Assembly (NCBI GenBank): GCA_965112635.1
Contig: OZ218778.1
Coordinates: 2,624,001-2,688,000 of the forward strand
Direction of reading: 5' to 3'
DNA: 64,000 nt
Source of the DNA: an uncultured bacterium
Lineage (GTDB): Bacteria; Oederibacteriota; Oederibacteriia; Oederibacteriales; Oederibacteriaceae
A model generated the notes under the pieces. It had not been told where the DNA came from. It worked only from the letters and a program-made list of their open reading frames with translations, and did not search any database. Made by a program: the position numbers and the translations under genes. Below are positions 53,931 to 64,000 of the stretch, one piece after another (position 1 is the stretch's first letter; every line of letters begins with the position of its first letter).

Positions 53931-54380
53931 CTATTTTCCTGTGTGGCCAAAACCGCCGTCATGGCGATGACTATCCTCAAGTTCTTCAACTAATTCCCAT
54001 TGTACTTTCTCAACTTTTTGAAAAACTATTTGGGCGATTCGGTCACCCTTTTGAATAGTAAAGGGCTGTGGGCCAAAATTCACCATGATCAGCTTGATCT
54101 CTCCTCGATAATCCGAATCAATGGTCCCGGGTGTATTGACAAGGCTGATCCCATTTTTCAAGGCAAGTCCGCTTCTTGGACGGATCTGGGCTTCAAATCC
54201 CTCGGGAATCTGGACACACAAACCCGTCGGAATCAGTTTTATTTCATTGGGAAGGACCGTAACAGGCTCGGACACCGCTGCATAAAGATCGCATCCTGAG
54301 GCACCCTTGCTCATATACTGCGGAAGCGGTATACCTTCCGCGTGAGATAATCTTTTAACCTTTATTGTCAGGGCAGCCAA
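53931..54380 (-). CDS. dut: dUTP diphosphatase
   Basis: GCDLYA, IRPRSGLALK, NTPGTIDSDYRGEI, GDRIAQ, GGFGHTG. Confidence 0.97.
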   Translation of the reverse strand: MAALTIKVKRLSHAEGIPLPQYMSKGASGCDLYAAVSEPVTVLPNEIKLIPTGLCVQIPEGFEAQIRPRSGLALKNGISLVNTPGTIDSDYRGEIKLIMVNFGPQPFTIQKGDRIAQIVFQKVEKVQWELVEELEDSHRHDGGFGHTGK

Positions 54381-55648
54381 ATTGCCTCCCCCGCCCTCAT
54401 GTTTTTCTCCTCAGGATTAGCTATTGCGCCCAAACAAACCATGGCTAGTTCCTTTGCTTTGAAAAGTTTTTCTGTGATTTGGTCGACATCTCCTAACCGG
54501 ACTTGCTTGATTTCCTCAAGAATATTATCAACTTTTTCAAAATGTTTTAAGTAATTTTCTTCTCTTAATAATTTACTCAACACCCCGCTGGTTCCTTCCA
54601 AGCTCAGGATAAAGGACCCTTTAATGCACTCCTTGGCGTTCTCTAACTCTTTTTTTGTGAATCCACGCCTCCTGGCCTTGATGATTTCATCGATTATAAT
54701 ATCACGCGATTTTATCAAATTCTTCGGGTCAGTAGCTGCATAAGTGATCCATGCACCGGTATTCCGATAGCCATCATGGAAAGAATAAACCGAATAAACG
54801 AGTCCTCGCTTTTCTCTGAGACCCTGGAAGAGCCTGGAACTCATGCCTCCACCGAACATGTTGTTAAACAAGGCCAACGGATAACGCGCCGGGCTGTTAT
54901 AAGGAAATCCTTGGACCCCTAAACAGCAATGGACCTGTTTGACATTTCTCCTTTTTAATTCTGTTCCCGGATAAAAACCGGTGCAAAAAGAATTTTCCAG
55001 GATGGGCGCATCGACTTTATTGATCTTTCCAAAATATTTCTTTGCCAATTTTAGCGCCGCGGAGTGTTTGATCGCTCCAGCTGCGGCAACGATCATGGCT
55101 TGCGGCTTATAGCATTCCTGATAAAAGGATAGGATATCGTTCCGGGTAAGCTTGGAAATGGTATCTTTGGTGCCAAGAATAGGGGAACCGAGCGAATTTT
55201 GTTTCCAGACATGCTGGGCAAAAAGATCATAAATGAACTCTTCCGGGTTATCCTCGACCATCTTGATCTCCTCCAGGATGACCCGTTTTTCTTTCTCAAT
55301 ATCATGGCTTCTGAAAAGCGAATTTAAAAGAATATCGGAGAACACCTCAAAGGCCACTTCAACCTTGCTCGAATTCACTTTGGCGAAATAAACAGTGGAC
55401 TCTTTACCTGTAGAGGCGTCGAAATGGCCACCGACCCGGTCCATTTCCAGGGCAATGGCCTGGGCGGTTCTTTTGCGGGTTCCTTTGAAAATCATGTGCT
55501 CGATGAAATGGCAGATGCCGTTTTCTGCAGCCTTCTCGATACAGGAGCCCACTTCAAAACACAGGCCAAGAGAAACCGACTGGACGCCTGGCATCGTGTC
55601 ACTAATGACCCGGATGCCATTATCTAAAACAGTTTTTTTATAACCCAT
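54368..55648 (-). CDS. M16 (pitrilysin) family zinc peptidase
   Basis: HFIEH (HxxEH) motif, GGGMSSRLFQGLREKRGLVYSV; pnp-M16-dut context. Confidence 0.93.
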   Translation of the reverse strand: MGYKKTVLDNGIRVISDTMPGVQSVSLGLCFEVGSCIEKAAENGICHFIEHMIFKGTRKRTAQAIALEMDRVGGHFDASTGKESTVYFAKVNSSKVEVAFEVFSDILLNSLFRSHDIEKEKRVILEEIKMVEDNPEEFIYDLFAQHVWKQNSLGSPILGTKDTISKLTRNDILSFYQECYKPQAMIVAAAGAIKHSAALKLAKKYFGKINKVDAPILENSFCTGFYPGTELKRRNVKQVHCCLGVQGFPYNSPARYPLALFNNMFGGGMSSRLFQGLREKRGLVYSVYSFHDGYRNTGAWITYAATDPKNLIKSRDIIIDEIIKARRRGFTKKELENAKECIKGSFILSLEGTSGVLSKLLREENYLKHFEKVDNILEEIKQVRLGDVDQITEKLFKAKELAMVCLGAIANPEEKNMRAGEAIWLP

Positions 55649-55745
55649 AGCGTACTCTCGGCTTGAAAAGGTGGTGTTTGCCTTTTAAGGCAGGAATGCG
55701 CAAGAAAAAGAGAACTATCCCTTGATCGCTGAAAAGACCCAGAGT

Positions 55746-57887
55746 TTATCTTCTTTCTCTTCTTGGAGCCGGGGATGATTTCTGGGGATTAATGATTTCT
55801 TTGAACTCTTTGTTTTCAACCAAAGCTTCTTTGCGGCTCAGCCTGATTTTACCTGCAGGATCGATCTCGAGGACCTTGACCACAACCATATCCCCCTCGC
55901 TGACCACATCGTTTACCTGTCCGACTCTTTCCGGCGCAAGCTGGGATATATGGACCAAGCCGTCGGTCCCTGGCAAAACCTCCACAAAGGCCCCGAAATC
56001 CATGATCTTTTGGACTTTGCCCAGGTAGATCTTGCCTATCTCCGGTTCTGCAGTGCATTCTTTGATCATTTTGATGGCTTTTTGGACGGCCTCTTCCTGG
56101 GGCGAGGCAATGAATACCTTGCCTGAATCCTCGATATCCACCTTGGCCCCGCTTTCCTCGACGATCCGCTTGATATTCTTTCCGCCCGGCCCGATCAGGA
56201 TGCCTAGATTCTTCGGATTGACTTGGATGGTCACCAGCCTAGGCGCATAAGCGGAAAGCGAACTCCGGGGAGCCGCCAAAGCCTCCTGCATTTTACCGAG
56301 GATGAACATCCTTCCCTGTTTGGCCTGCTCCAGGGCTTTTCTCATGATCTCCGAGGTGATCCCGGAAATTTTGATATCCATCTGGATGGCCGTGATCCCT
56401 TTGGCGGTTCCAGCCACCTTGAAATCCATGTCGCCAAAATGGTCCTCCAAACCCTGGATATCCGTCAAAACCGTGAACTTGCTATCTTCTTTGATCAAAC
56501 CCATGGCTATCCCTGCCACGGGCGCCTTGATAGGCACGCCGGCGTCCATCAAAGCCAGGGTCGCCCCGCACACACTGGCCATAGATGAGGAACCGTTGGA
56601 TTCAAGGATCTCTGAAACGACCTGGATCACATAGGGGAACTCTTCGGGTTTGGGAAGCACCGGGACAAGGGCGCGTTCGGCCAGCATGCCGTGCCCGATT
56701 TCCCTTCTACCCGGCCCTCGCATAGGTTTGATCTCCCCCACGCTGAAAGGAGGAAAATTATAATGGAGCATATAGGTTTTTTTGGATTCGCCTTCGAGGT
56801 TTTCGATGATTTGCGCGTCATCCCCCGTCCCCAGGGTAGCCACGACCAAAGCTTGGGTCTGCCCCCTGGTAAATAGAGAAGAACCGTGCGTCCTTGGCAG
56901 GACGCCCACTTCGCAGGAAATAGGCCTGACCTCATCGAGGCGCCGGCCGTCCGCTCTTTGACTCAGCCCGCTAATGTTATGCCTGACGATGGAAACTTCC
57001 AGGGCCTCCAGCTCACCCTTGATGTCTTTTTCTTTTTCAGGATACTGCGCCAGCAGGGCTTCTAAGGTTTCTTTGTTGATCTGATTGATATCCTCTTGCC
57101 GCTTTAATTTGTCCGAGCTCTGGTTGGCTTTCCTGAGTTTTTCCAAGGCCATGTCCTTGACCGCATTGGCGACGGCTGCGTCCTTATTTGTCAGCTCGAC
57201 CGCCAGTTTGGGTTTGCCGTTCTTTCTCACGAAATCTGCCAAGGCTCCAACGATCCGGCGTATTTCCTGATGGGCGAATTCAATGGCTTTGAGCACTTCT
57301 TCCTCGCCCAGCTCATTCGACCCGCCCTCGATCATGGTGACCGCCTCATCGGTACCGGCAACCACTAGATCAAGATCGCTCTCTTTTAATTGGGAAAAAG
57401 TGGGGTTGACGATAAACCCGCCATTGACCCTGCCCACGCGTACGGCGGCAACGGGTTTGGCGAAAGGAACAGGGGACAAACATAGGGCTAAAGAAGCGGC
57501 CATAATGGCGAGAATATCCGGGCTATTTTCCTGGTCAGAGGAAAAGGTGGCCCCGATGATCTGGACCTCGTTAAAAAAACCTTCCGGGAAAAGAGGGCGC
57601 AGCGGCCTGTCAATGAGCCGGCTGGTCAGGATCTCCCTATCACGCGGCCTTCCGTCCCTTTTGAAAAAACCGCCCGGGATGCGGCCGGCGGCATAGGTGC
57701 GTTCTCTGTAGTCGACCGTCAAGGGGAAAAAGTCTTGGTCGGCCTCAGCTTCCCTGGCCCCAACCACTGAGACCAGCACCACCGTTCCTCCATATTCAAC
57801 AACAACCGCGCCGTCTGCTTGTTTGGCCAGCTTGCCGGTTTGGAACACTAAATTCTTGCCGCCTACCAAAATCTCAACTTTGTCCAT
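55746..57887 (-). CDS. pnp: Polyribonucleotide nucleotidyltransferase
   Basis: FFPLTVDYRE, RTHGSSLFTRGQTQ, RREIGHG, SNGSSSMASVC, GDMDFKVAGT, KH and S1 domains. Start placed at ATG 57887 (MDKVEI). Confidence 0.98.
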   Translation of the reverse strand: MDKVEILVGGKNLVFQTGKLAKQADGAVVVEYGGTVVLVSVVGAREAEADQDFFPLTVDYRERTYAAGRIPGGFFKRDGRPRDREILTSRLIDRPLRPLFPEGFFNEVQIIGATFSSDQENSPDILAIMAASLALCLSPVPFAKPVAAVRVGRVNGGFIVNPTFSQLKESDLDLVVAGTDEAVTMIEGGSNELGEEEVLKAIEFAHQEIRRIVGALADFVRKNGKPKLAVELTNKDAAVANAVKDMALEKLRKANQSSDKLKRQEDINQINKETLEALLAQYPEKEKDIKGELEALEVSIVRHNISGLSQRADGRRLDEVRPISCEVGVLPRTHGSSLFTRGQTQALVVATLGTGDDAQIIENLEGESKKTYMLHYNFPPFSVGEIKPMRGPGRREIGHGMLAERALVPVLPKPEEFPYVIQVVSEILESNGSSSMASVCGATLALMDAGVPIKAPVAGIAMGLIKEDSKFTVLTDIQGLEDHFGDMDFKVAGTAKGITAIQMDIKISGITSEIMRKALEQAKQGRMFILGKMQEALAAPRSSLSAYAPRLVTIQVNPKNLGILIGPGGKNIKRIVEESGAKVDIEDSGKVFIASPQEEAVQKAIKMIKECTAEPEIGKIYLGKVQKIMDFGAFVEVLPGTDGLVHISQLAPERVGQVNDVVSEGDMVVVKVLEIDPAGKIRLSRKEALVENKEFKEIINPQKSSPAPRRERR

Positions 57888-57935
57888 TATGTTTACCCTT
57901 CCTGCCCACAATTATTTTGAAATTACTGGATGGTC

Positions 57936-58211
57936 TTATTTTCTTAACCCCAGCTTATCAATGACCTTTTTGTAACGGTCCAGATCTTTCTTCTTCAGAT
58001 AGTCCAAAAGCCGCCTTCTCAAACTGACCATTTTCAATAAGCCATGGCGTGAATGGTGGTCCTTCTTGTGGACCTTAAAATGGCCGATGAGCTGATTGAT
58101 TCTTTCGCTTAAAAGGGCAATTTGGACTTCAGAGGAACCCGTATCTTTAGGATGGATTTGAAAACCCTTGATAAGACTCTGTTTCTTGTCCTTTTGTTCT
58201 GTCACCTGCAA
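57936..58211 (-). CDS. rpsO: 30S ribosomal protein S15
   Basis: [40 protein letters not shown]. Confidence 0.98.
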   Translation of the reverse strand: MQVTEQKDKKQSLIKGFQIHPKDTGSSEVQIALLSERINQLIGHFKVHKKDHHSRHGLLKMVSLRRRLLDYLKKKDLDRYKKVIDKLGLRK

Positions 58212-58305
58212 TCACCTCTCTCGCCATAAAGTTAGGGAAAGTTTTCCCCACCAAGACCCAGAATGCCGTCGGTGAATCGAGCAAACCGAGAACAAGGTTA
58301 CAGTG
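58212..58305 (-). ncRNA. Putative S15 autoregulatory mRNA leader
   Basis: Minus-strand 5' UTR AACCTTGTTCTCGGTTTGCTCGATTCACCGACGGCATTCTGGGTCTTGGTGGGGA...GAGGTGA. The CGAwTCACCGACG core and downstream GGGGA resemble, from memory, the Firmicutes-type rpsO leader. Confidence 0.5.
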
Positions 58306-58323
58306 AAACCAAAATGCTTCAAA

Positions 58324-58352
58324 AGGATAACAACGATTGCTTCCTTTGTAAA
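58324..58352 (-). promoter_or_regulatory. Putative sigma70 promoter for rpsO-pnp
   Basis: Minus strand TTTACA-N17-TATCCT with extended -10 TG, just upstream of the leader. Confidence 0.5.
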
Positions 58353-58386
58353 GACAAAACTCTTTTTCAACTAATAAATAGGAGCA

Positions 58387-59880
58387 TCATTCTATTATCT
58401 GGCCCGCCTGGATGAGAATTTTCCTGAGTTTAGCAATATCGATTCCCTGGATGATTTTCTTTTGTTCCAGAGCCTGACAGGCGGCCAGCGCACAAGACTG
58501 ACCCAGGATCATGAATACCGGCTCCATACGTATGGAACCATAGGCAATATGGGACGCAGAAAGGCAAACGGGTACCAAAAGGTTCTCGCATTCTTCTTCC
58601 TTGGGAATGACTGTTCGGTAACTGATGCCATAAGGTTCAACTTGAACCTGAACGTCGCCTTCATTACGGACAAAACCATCCTGGACAATGCGCTGGCAAT
58701 TGTGCGAATCCATGTTGTAGGCCCCCATAGCGATAAAGTCTTTCGCCTCCCTAGTCTTTTGGCAATCAGCCTGCGTCATGACGTACAGGCCGACCATACG
58801 CCGGGTTTCACGTACATAGAGCTGGTGTGGCCACCCCTGAGTATCCTGAAATTCGTCCTTACAAAGGCCCCAACTCTGAGCTTCCTCACGTAGGGAGGGA
58901 GGAACGCGCTGGTCCGACTGGAGAAAGTGGAAAAATCCACGAGTGTAATCCATATGGTCCTGCCAGATGGCCTCGCGCTGCAGATAGTTCGCGTCGGGGT
59001 ACTGCCAGTTCGCCCCGATATGATCGGTAGAAAATCCCCCGTAATTGTTAAAATCCGTTTTCCCGTGAGGCATGGGGATAATGCGGAAAAAGTCTTTGAA
59101 CTGCGGGGTCCCGCCAGCATAGCCCGCTTCGAGATATCTCGCCAAAAGTTCGTAACGCCAAGGGTCGTAGTGATGCGGCGAAGCGATGTCCAGGAAATTA
59201 CTTTTATCCTGGGTCAGGCATAGACGGAAATTGTAAGCCTGGACCCTTTTGTCACCCTCGCCAGGTATTCCGCCGTCACCCGGTTGGATACAGGGAATAA
59301 GACCGCTGTCCGGCCGCCCGGATTTCACATAAGGGTCGACATCCAGCTCAAACTGATGTATGGGGGTCTCTCCGCGGATCCCGCTCAAGGATTCCTCGTA
59401 CTGGGCTGTAGATTCCCGGCCTACCGTGTAACTGACCCCTGCAAGGGCCATCACGTCACCCTCATACCCCGCGTCAATGACCATGGACGGCTCGATATGG
59501 GTCCCCTTTTCGGTAATGAGGCCAAGGATGCGGCGTCCTTTTTTTATTATTTGTTTTACCCGTTCTCCTGAAAAAATTTTTACCGGATACGCCAAGACGA
59601 GGTTGCTCAGAACTTGTTCGGCGACTTTTGGCTCGAAGGTCCACTGTTCTTCCACGCCATAAGCGTTGCCAATGAAACGGTAAAAATCACGGGCCATACC
59701 GCCGACGGCCTTCTTGTCACCGATGTCCGTGGCCCCCAAACCGCCGCTAGTCATGCCACCAAGATGGCGGACAGGGTTAACCAGTATGACAGAGCGACCC
59801 TCTTTAGCGGCGGCGACCGCAGCTACCACGCCGGCAGCCGTACCGCCATAAACACAAATATCACTTTTCACTCTAACCAC
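58387..59880 (-). CDS. FAD-dependent oxidoreductase (FAD_oxidored family)
   Basis: Rossmann DICVYGGTAAGVVAAVAAA, HLGGMTSGGL, IDAGYEGD, QAYNFRLC, LYVRETRRM, SASHIAYGSIRMEPVFM. Confidence 0.88.
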   Translation of the reverse strand: MVRVKSDICVYGGTAAGVVAAVAAAKEGRSVILVNPVRHLGGMTSGGLGATDIGDKKAVGGMARDFYRFIGNAYGVEEQWTFEPKVAEQVLSNLVLAYPVKIFSGERVKQIIKKGRRILGLITEKGTHIEPSMVIDAGYEGDVMALAGVSYTVGRESTAQYEESLSGIRGETPIHQFELDVDPYVKSGRPDSGLIPCIQPGDGGIPGEGDKRVQAYNFRLCLTQDKSNFLDIASPHHYDPWRYELLARYLEAGYAGGTPQFKDFFRIIPMPHGKTDFNNYGGFSTDHIGANWQYPDANYLQREAIWQDHMDYTRGFFHFLQSDQRVPPSLREEAQSWGLCKDEFQDTQGWPHQLYVRETRRMVGLYVMTQADCQKTREAKDFIAMGAYNMDSHNCQRIVQDGFVRNEGDVQVQVEPYGISYRTVIPKEEECENLLVPVCLSASHIAYGSIRMEPVFMILGQSCALAACQALEQKKIIQGIDIAKLRKILIQAGQIIE

Positions 59881-59976
59881 CCTCTGCAGAATTTCTCCTA
59901 AAATAAATCATGTGCGTTTCCGCAAAAACAAAATTGCTATTACTTACACTTCAAAGCCCAGGCTCTTATCCGCGTT

Positions 59977-60921
59977 TCACCTGGAATATTTCTTGGCAGA
60001 CAATATTTTTTTTGCCTTAACAACATCTTTCCCTATCTGTCTTTTTAGGGAATCAGCACTCTTGAAGGCTTTTTCGCTTCTTAATTTTTTTACCATCCTG
60101 ACAATGATTCTTTTCCCATATAAATTGCCTTGGAATTTAAAAAAATGCGCCTCTACTAAAGGTTTTATTTCGCTAGTCCCAGCTCCATGTCTTTTATATG
60201 TCGGCCTGATACCCACATTACATACACCGGGATACATTCTGCCCGCAAAAATTCCATAAATAGCATAAACACCTCGGCTAGGTTGAGCTACTCCATGCTC
60301 AGGTTTAAAATTTGCTGTAGGGAACCCTAATTTCCTGCCCCGCCTATCGCCTTTTACGACCCTTCCCTGCAGGCTATAGGGATAACCTAACAACTTACTG
60401 GCCTTTTCAACCCGCCCTTGCTGGACGAGCGCCCTGACCCAGGTGCTGCTGATGACTCGGCGACCTTCCAAACAGGGGCTGAGCACGAGAAGTCTGAAGT
60501 AGTACTTTTTCCCCAACTTCTTAAGCAATCCAATGTCACCCTTGGCGCCTTTGCCGAAGCGTAGACCGCGGCTGACGACAAGTTCTTTAACGTGGAGCTT
60601 TCTTACTAGAAAATTTTCAACGAACTTTTCTGCGGTCACGGATGCGCTTTGCCTGTTGAATGGCATGACCACGACAACCGAGACCCCGAGTTTTTTAAAA
60701 AGTTTTGATTTCATATCGGCATTGGTCAAAGCCAAAGGACATTTGTCAGGAGCCAGGACCTTATTGGGGTGGACATCGAAAGTGATGACCACGCTCTTGC
60801 CTGAAACAGCGCGGGCGCGGCTCACGACTTTTTTGATGATCTTCTGGTGGCCTTTATGGACCCCGTCAAAAACACCCAAGGTTGCCACTATTTTCAAGTT
60901 TTTTCCCGGATACAAGCTCAT
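59977..60921 (-). CDS. ribF: Bifunctional riboflavin kinase/FAD synthetase
   Basis: LGVFDGVHKGHQ, ISSTWVR, GRKLGFPTAN, NVGIRPT, VEAH, LRSEKAF. Confidence 0.96.
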   Translation of the reverse strand: MSLYPGKNLKIVATLGVFDGVHKGHQKIIKKVVSRARAVSGKSVVITFDVHPNKVLAPDKCPLALTNADMKSKLFKKLGVSVVVVMPFNRQSASVTAEKFVENFLVRKLHVKELVVSRGLRFGKGAKGDIGLLKKLGKKYYFRLLVLSPCLEGRRVISSTWVRALVQQGRVEKASKLLGYPYSLQGRVVKGDRRGRKLGFPTANFKPEHGVAQPSRGVYAIYGIFAGRMYPGVCNVGIRPTYKRHGAGTSEIKPLVEAHFFKFQGNLYGKRIIVRMVKKLRSEKAFKSADSLKRQIGKDVVKAKKILSAKKYSR

Positions 60922-60945
60922 GCTCCCAAAGATCGAGGAGTGTCG

Positions 60946-61917
60946 TTAAACATTGGACTTGGCACTATCAATATCGACTAAAAAAACTTTGTCCACTTTA
61001 ACGATCCATCCTTTTATCTTTCTTTTCAGGCTGGCGATGGCAAACAAAGGACCGTCAGGAAGGAATACAGATAAAAATGGCGGGTCAAAATAATCAATAT
61101 TGTTGAGATTTGGATAGTCCTCATCGGCAATGATCAGAGGACGGCCATTCAGAAGCACTTTGGCTTTTTCCGGGACAATGGTTATGGAAGGCAAATGGGC
61201 CGCGGCCTCTTTCATGGAAACAAGGGTCCGCTGGCCCTGGTCAGACAGCCAGTTCTCTTCCCACTGGTCCGGAGTCAGCGCCTGCTGGAGACTAAAGGCA
61301 CCCACTTTCAGCCTCACCAGGGATTGCAGATAGGCTCCGCACCCCAGCTTTTCCCCTATATCGGCCGCTAGAGACCGTATATAGGTTCCGGCGGAGCAGA
61401 GAATAGAAAGCCTGATGACCGGAGAAGTGAAACCCAGCAGATCCAATCGTTTGACATGGACTTCCACGGGTTTCCGCTCGACCTCTTTCCCTTCTCTGGC
61501 GAGCTCATAAAGCCTTTTGCCCTGGTGCCGCTTCGCGGAGACCATGGGCGGGATCTGCTGGATTTTGCCTCTTAATCCCGACAAAACCTTTTCTAGGTCG
61601 TCTTTCGTCAAAGAAGGGACTTCTTTTTCCGCGACAGTGGTCCCTGCGGCATCCAGGGTGTCGGTGGTCCGGCCCAGGCAAACGGCGGCCTCATATTCTT
61701 TTTCGTCATTGAGATATTCGATCAGGCGCGTCGCTTTGCCCACGCATATAATCAGCACCCCGCTGGCTAAAGGGTCCAGGGTCCCGGTATGGCCGACCTG
61801 CTGGATCCTTGATTTGGAACGGATAAAGGACACGATGTCGTGGGAGGTCGGCCCGATCGGCTTGTGGATCACCCACAGACCATTGAGATGAGTGATTTTG
61901 TGCTTGGAAGGTGTCAT
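60946..61917 (-). CDS. truB: tRNA pseudouridine(55) synthase TruB
   Basis: [44 protein letters not shown]. Confidence 0.97.
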   Translation of the reverse strand: MTPSKHKITHLNGLWVIHKPIGPTSHDIVSFIRSKSRIQQVGHTGTLDPLASGVLIICVGKATRLIEYLNDEKEYEAAVCLGRTTDTLDAAGTTVAEKEVPSLTKDDLEKVLSGLRGKIQQIPPMVSAKRHQGKRLYELAREGKEVERKPVEVHVKRLDLLGFTSPVIRLSILCSAGTYIRSLAADIGEKLGCGAYLQSLVRLKVGAFSLQQALTPDQWEENWLSDQGQRTLVSMKEAAAHLPSITIVPEKAKVLLNGRPLIIADEDYPNLNNIDYFDPPFLSVFLPDGPLFAIASLKRKIKGWIVKVDKVFLVDIDSAKSNV

Positions 61918-64000
61918 TGGGCTGGAACAACTTTAAAAGCGAACTCGCTCCCCCGGACTATCACGTTCACGGTGTCTCCTTGTTTGATGCCGTTTTCCAG
62001 TATCAATTCTGAAAGCGGGTCCATGATCCTGGTCTGGATGAGCCGCTTCAGCGGCCTTGCCCCATAAACCGCGTCGTAGCCCTCCAGACTCAAAAGATCT
62101 TTGGCTTCTTCCGAAAGATGGATGGAATAACGCTTCTCCCTGACCATTTCCTCCACTTTCTTGATCTGGATCTCGATGATTTTCTTCAGATGGTCCTTGG
62201 TCAAAGGTCTGAAAAAAACGATCTCGTCCAGTCGGTTCAAAAATTCCGGCCTCAGGGTCCTCTTGAGTTCCTCCATCACTCCCTGGCGCATCTTATTCTC
62301 TTCGTTAAAGAATTCCTGGACCACATGGGAACCGATATTGGAGGTCATGATGATGACGGAGTTGTTAAAACGGACCGTATGGCCGTGGCTGTCGGACAAA
62401 CGTCCCTCGTCCAGAACCTGCATGAACAGGTTAAGGACTTCAGGGTGCGCCTTTTCGACCTCATCCAAAAGGATCACGGCGTAAGGCCTGCGCCTGATCA
62501 ACTCCGTCAGTGCTCCGCCCTGCTCATAACCGATATATCCTGGAGGGGCTCCGATAAGGCGCGCCACCTCGTGCTTTTCCATGTATTCCGACATATCCAG
62601 CCTGACAATGGCCTTTTCGTCGTCGAACAAGAATTCAGCCAGGGCCTTGGAAAGCTCCGTTTTACCCACTCCGGTTGGTCCCAAAAACAAGAAGGACCCA
62701 ATCGGGCGGTTCTGGTCGGACAACCCTGTCCTGGACCTGCGGATGGCCCGGCAAACCGCCGTGACCGCCTGGTCCTGGTTTACCAAACGTTCATGGATCC
62801 TATCTTCCATTTTCAAAAGCTTATTGGACTCTGATTCCATCAGGCGGGTCAGGGGGATCCCCGTCCATTTTGAGACAACTTCCGCGATATCGTCTTCTCC
62901 GACCTCCTCCTTGAGCATTTTCCTGTTTTTTTGGAGGCCCTGCAACTTCGCCTCGAACTCCTGCAGGTCCTTTTGCAGGCTAGGAAGGATCCCGTAGCGT
63001 ATCTCCGCGATCTTACCCAGTATCTGTTCGCGCTCCGCAGCCTGCTCCTGATTTTTGGCGTCTTCGATCTTGGCCTTGAAGTCCTGTATTTTCAGGATAA
63101 TGTCCTTTTCTTTCTGCCAGTGGCTGGTGGCGTCCTCATATTTTGCCTTCAGGACCTTAAGCTCCTCGTCTATCTTCTTGCCCCTTTCCTGGGCCGAGGT
63201 ATCTTTTTCCAGCTTGAGCGCCTCCCGTTCGACCTGCAGCTGGCTGATACGCCTATTAAGCTGGTCCACTTCGATCGGCATGCTGTCGATCTCCATCCTC
63301 AATTTCGCGGCCGCCTCATCCATCAGGTCGATGGCTTTATCCGGCAGGAAACGGTCGGCCAAATACCTTTTGGAAAGCACCGCCGCCGCGACCAACGCAT
63401 TGTCCTGGATACGCACGCCATGGTGCAGCTCGTACCGTTCCTTGATCCCCCGCAGGATAGAGATCGTATCCTCCACCGAAGGCTCCTTTACCAAAACCGG
63501 CTGGAAACGGCGCTCCAGGGCAGCGTCTTTCTCAATATAATTCCTGTATTCGTTCAGGGTGGTGGCACCCACACACCTCAATTCGCCCTTCGCCAAAGCC
63601 GGCTTTAAGAGGTTGGATGCGTCCATGCTCCCGCCTTCTGTGGCCCCGGCCCGGACGATCATATGCAGCTCGTCGATGAACAGTATGACCTTCCCCTGCG
63701 CCTGGCTGATTTCTTTCAAAACAGCCTTGAACCTTTCTTCAAATTCTCCCCTGAATTTGCTTCCCGCCAATAGTGCTCCCAGGTCCAGGGACAAAACCCT
63801 TTTATCTTTGAGCGTGGTCGGCACGTCTCCCCTGACGATTCGCTGGGCCAGCCCTTCCACGATCGCGGTTTTTCCCACTCCCGGCTCGCCGATCAGCACC
63901 GGGTTGTTCTTTGTCCGCCGGGCCAGGACCTGGACAATGCGCCGCACTTCTTCCTCCCTGCCGATGACAGGGTCCATCTTTCCTCTTTTTACGGCGTCCG
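61914..64000 (-). CDS. clpB: ATP-dependent chaperone ClpB (5'-truncated by window edge)
   Basis: Frame continues to the edge ([14 protein letters not shown]). Contains GEPGVGKT, a long coiled-coil middle domain, [21 protein letters not shown] and [11 protein letters not shown]. Confidence 0.95.
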   Translation of the reverse strand, partial: DAVKRGKMDPVIGREEEVRRIVQVLARRTKNNPVLIGEPGVGKTAIVEGLAQRIVRGDVPTTLKDKRVLSLDLGALLAGSKFRGEFEERFKAVLKEISQAQGKVILFIDELHMIVRAGATEGGSMDASNLLKPALAKGELRCVGATTLNEYRNYIEKDAALERRFQPVLVKEPSVEDTISILRGIKERYELHHGVRIQDNALVAAAVLSKRYLADRFLPDKAIDLMDEAAAKLRMEIDSMPIEVDQLNRRISQLQVEREALKLEKDTSAQERGKKIDEELKVLKAKYEDATSHWQKEKDIILKIQDFKAKIEDAKNQEQAAEREQILGKIAEIRYGILPSLQKDLQEFEAKLQGLQKNRKMLKEEVGEDDIAEVVSKWTGIPLTRLMESESNKLLKMEDRIHERLVNQDQAVTAVCRAIRRSRTGLSDQNRPIGSFLFLGPTGVGKTELSKALAEFLFDDEKAIVRLDMSEYMEKHEVARLIGAPPGYIGYEQGGALTELIRRRPYAVILLDEVEKAHPEVLNLFMQVLDEGRLSDSHGHTVRFNNSVIIMTSNIGSHVVQEFFNEENKMRQGVMEELKRTLRPEFLNRLDEIVFFRPLTKDHLKKIIEIQIKKVEEMVREKRYSIHLSEEAKDLLSLEGYDAVYGARPLKRLIQTRIMDPLSELILENGIKQGDTVNVIVRGSEFAFKVVPAQ

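Noticed and set aside
62118-63608. Plus-strand ORFs of 160-240 aa opposite clpB (and similar ones opposite pnp, asmA, recA)
   Set aside because: Antisense to strongly conserved genes and without recognisable motifs.

Overview
Bacterial chromosomal window from a diderm (LolA, AsmA, OmpA and PorV-family barrels) with a Firmicutes-like core gene order; almost every gene is on the minus strand. The right half (~36.4-64 kb) is mostly housekeeping: clpB (partial), truB, ribF, FAD oxidoreductase, rpsO, pnp, M16 peptidase, dut, a small membrane ORF, ftsK, lolA, rodZ, yajQ, a DUF1573/DUF4115 protein, rimO, pgsA, pgpA, cinA, NUDIX-like, thpR, a TPR-PBP (plus strand), recA, asmA, capA. The left half (~1-36.4 kb) looks like one cell-surface locus. 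In transcription order it holds: an ECF sigma factor with a consensus GGAACTT/GTCTAA promoter; a zinc-finger anti-sigma ending in a T9SS-CTD/FlgD-Ig-like domain; a 6061-aa giant protein with a ~4,100-residue (Thr-X)n stalk containing ~12.8 apparently identical 246-bp repeats; a PorV-family/TPR protein; a paralogous 1988-aa (Thr-X)n protein with a canonical YPNP...KVVIIK CTD; a PorV/FlgD/OmpA/beta-helix fusion that appears to start at ATT; an NHL propeller; and two GT-C (PMT/ArnT-like) glycosyltransferases, one with tandem PA14 domains. The leading hypothesis (inference) is a threonine-repeat glycoprotein adhesin system. It would be analogous to Gram-positive serine-rich-repeat adhesins but use CTD/PorV-type export, and it may be controlled by an anti-sigma that carries the same export tag. 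Domain calls come from motif recognition by eye; no searches were run.
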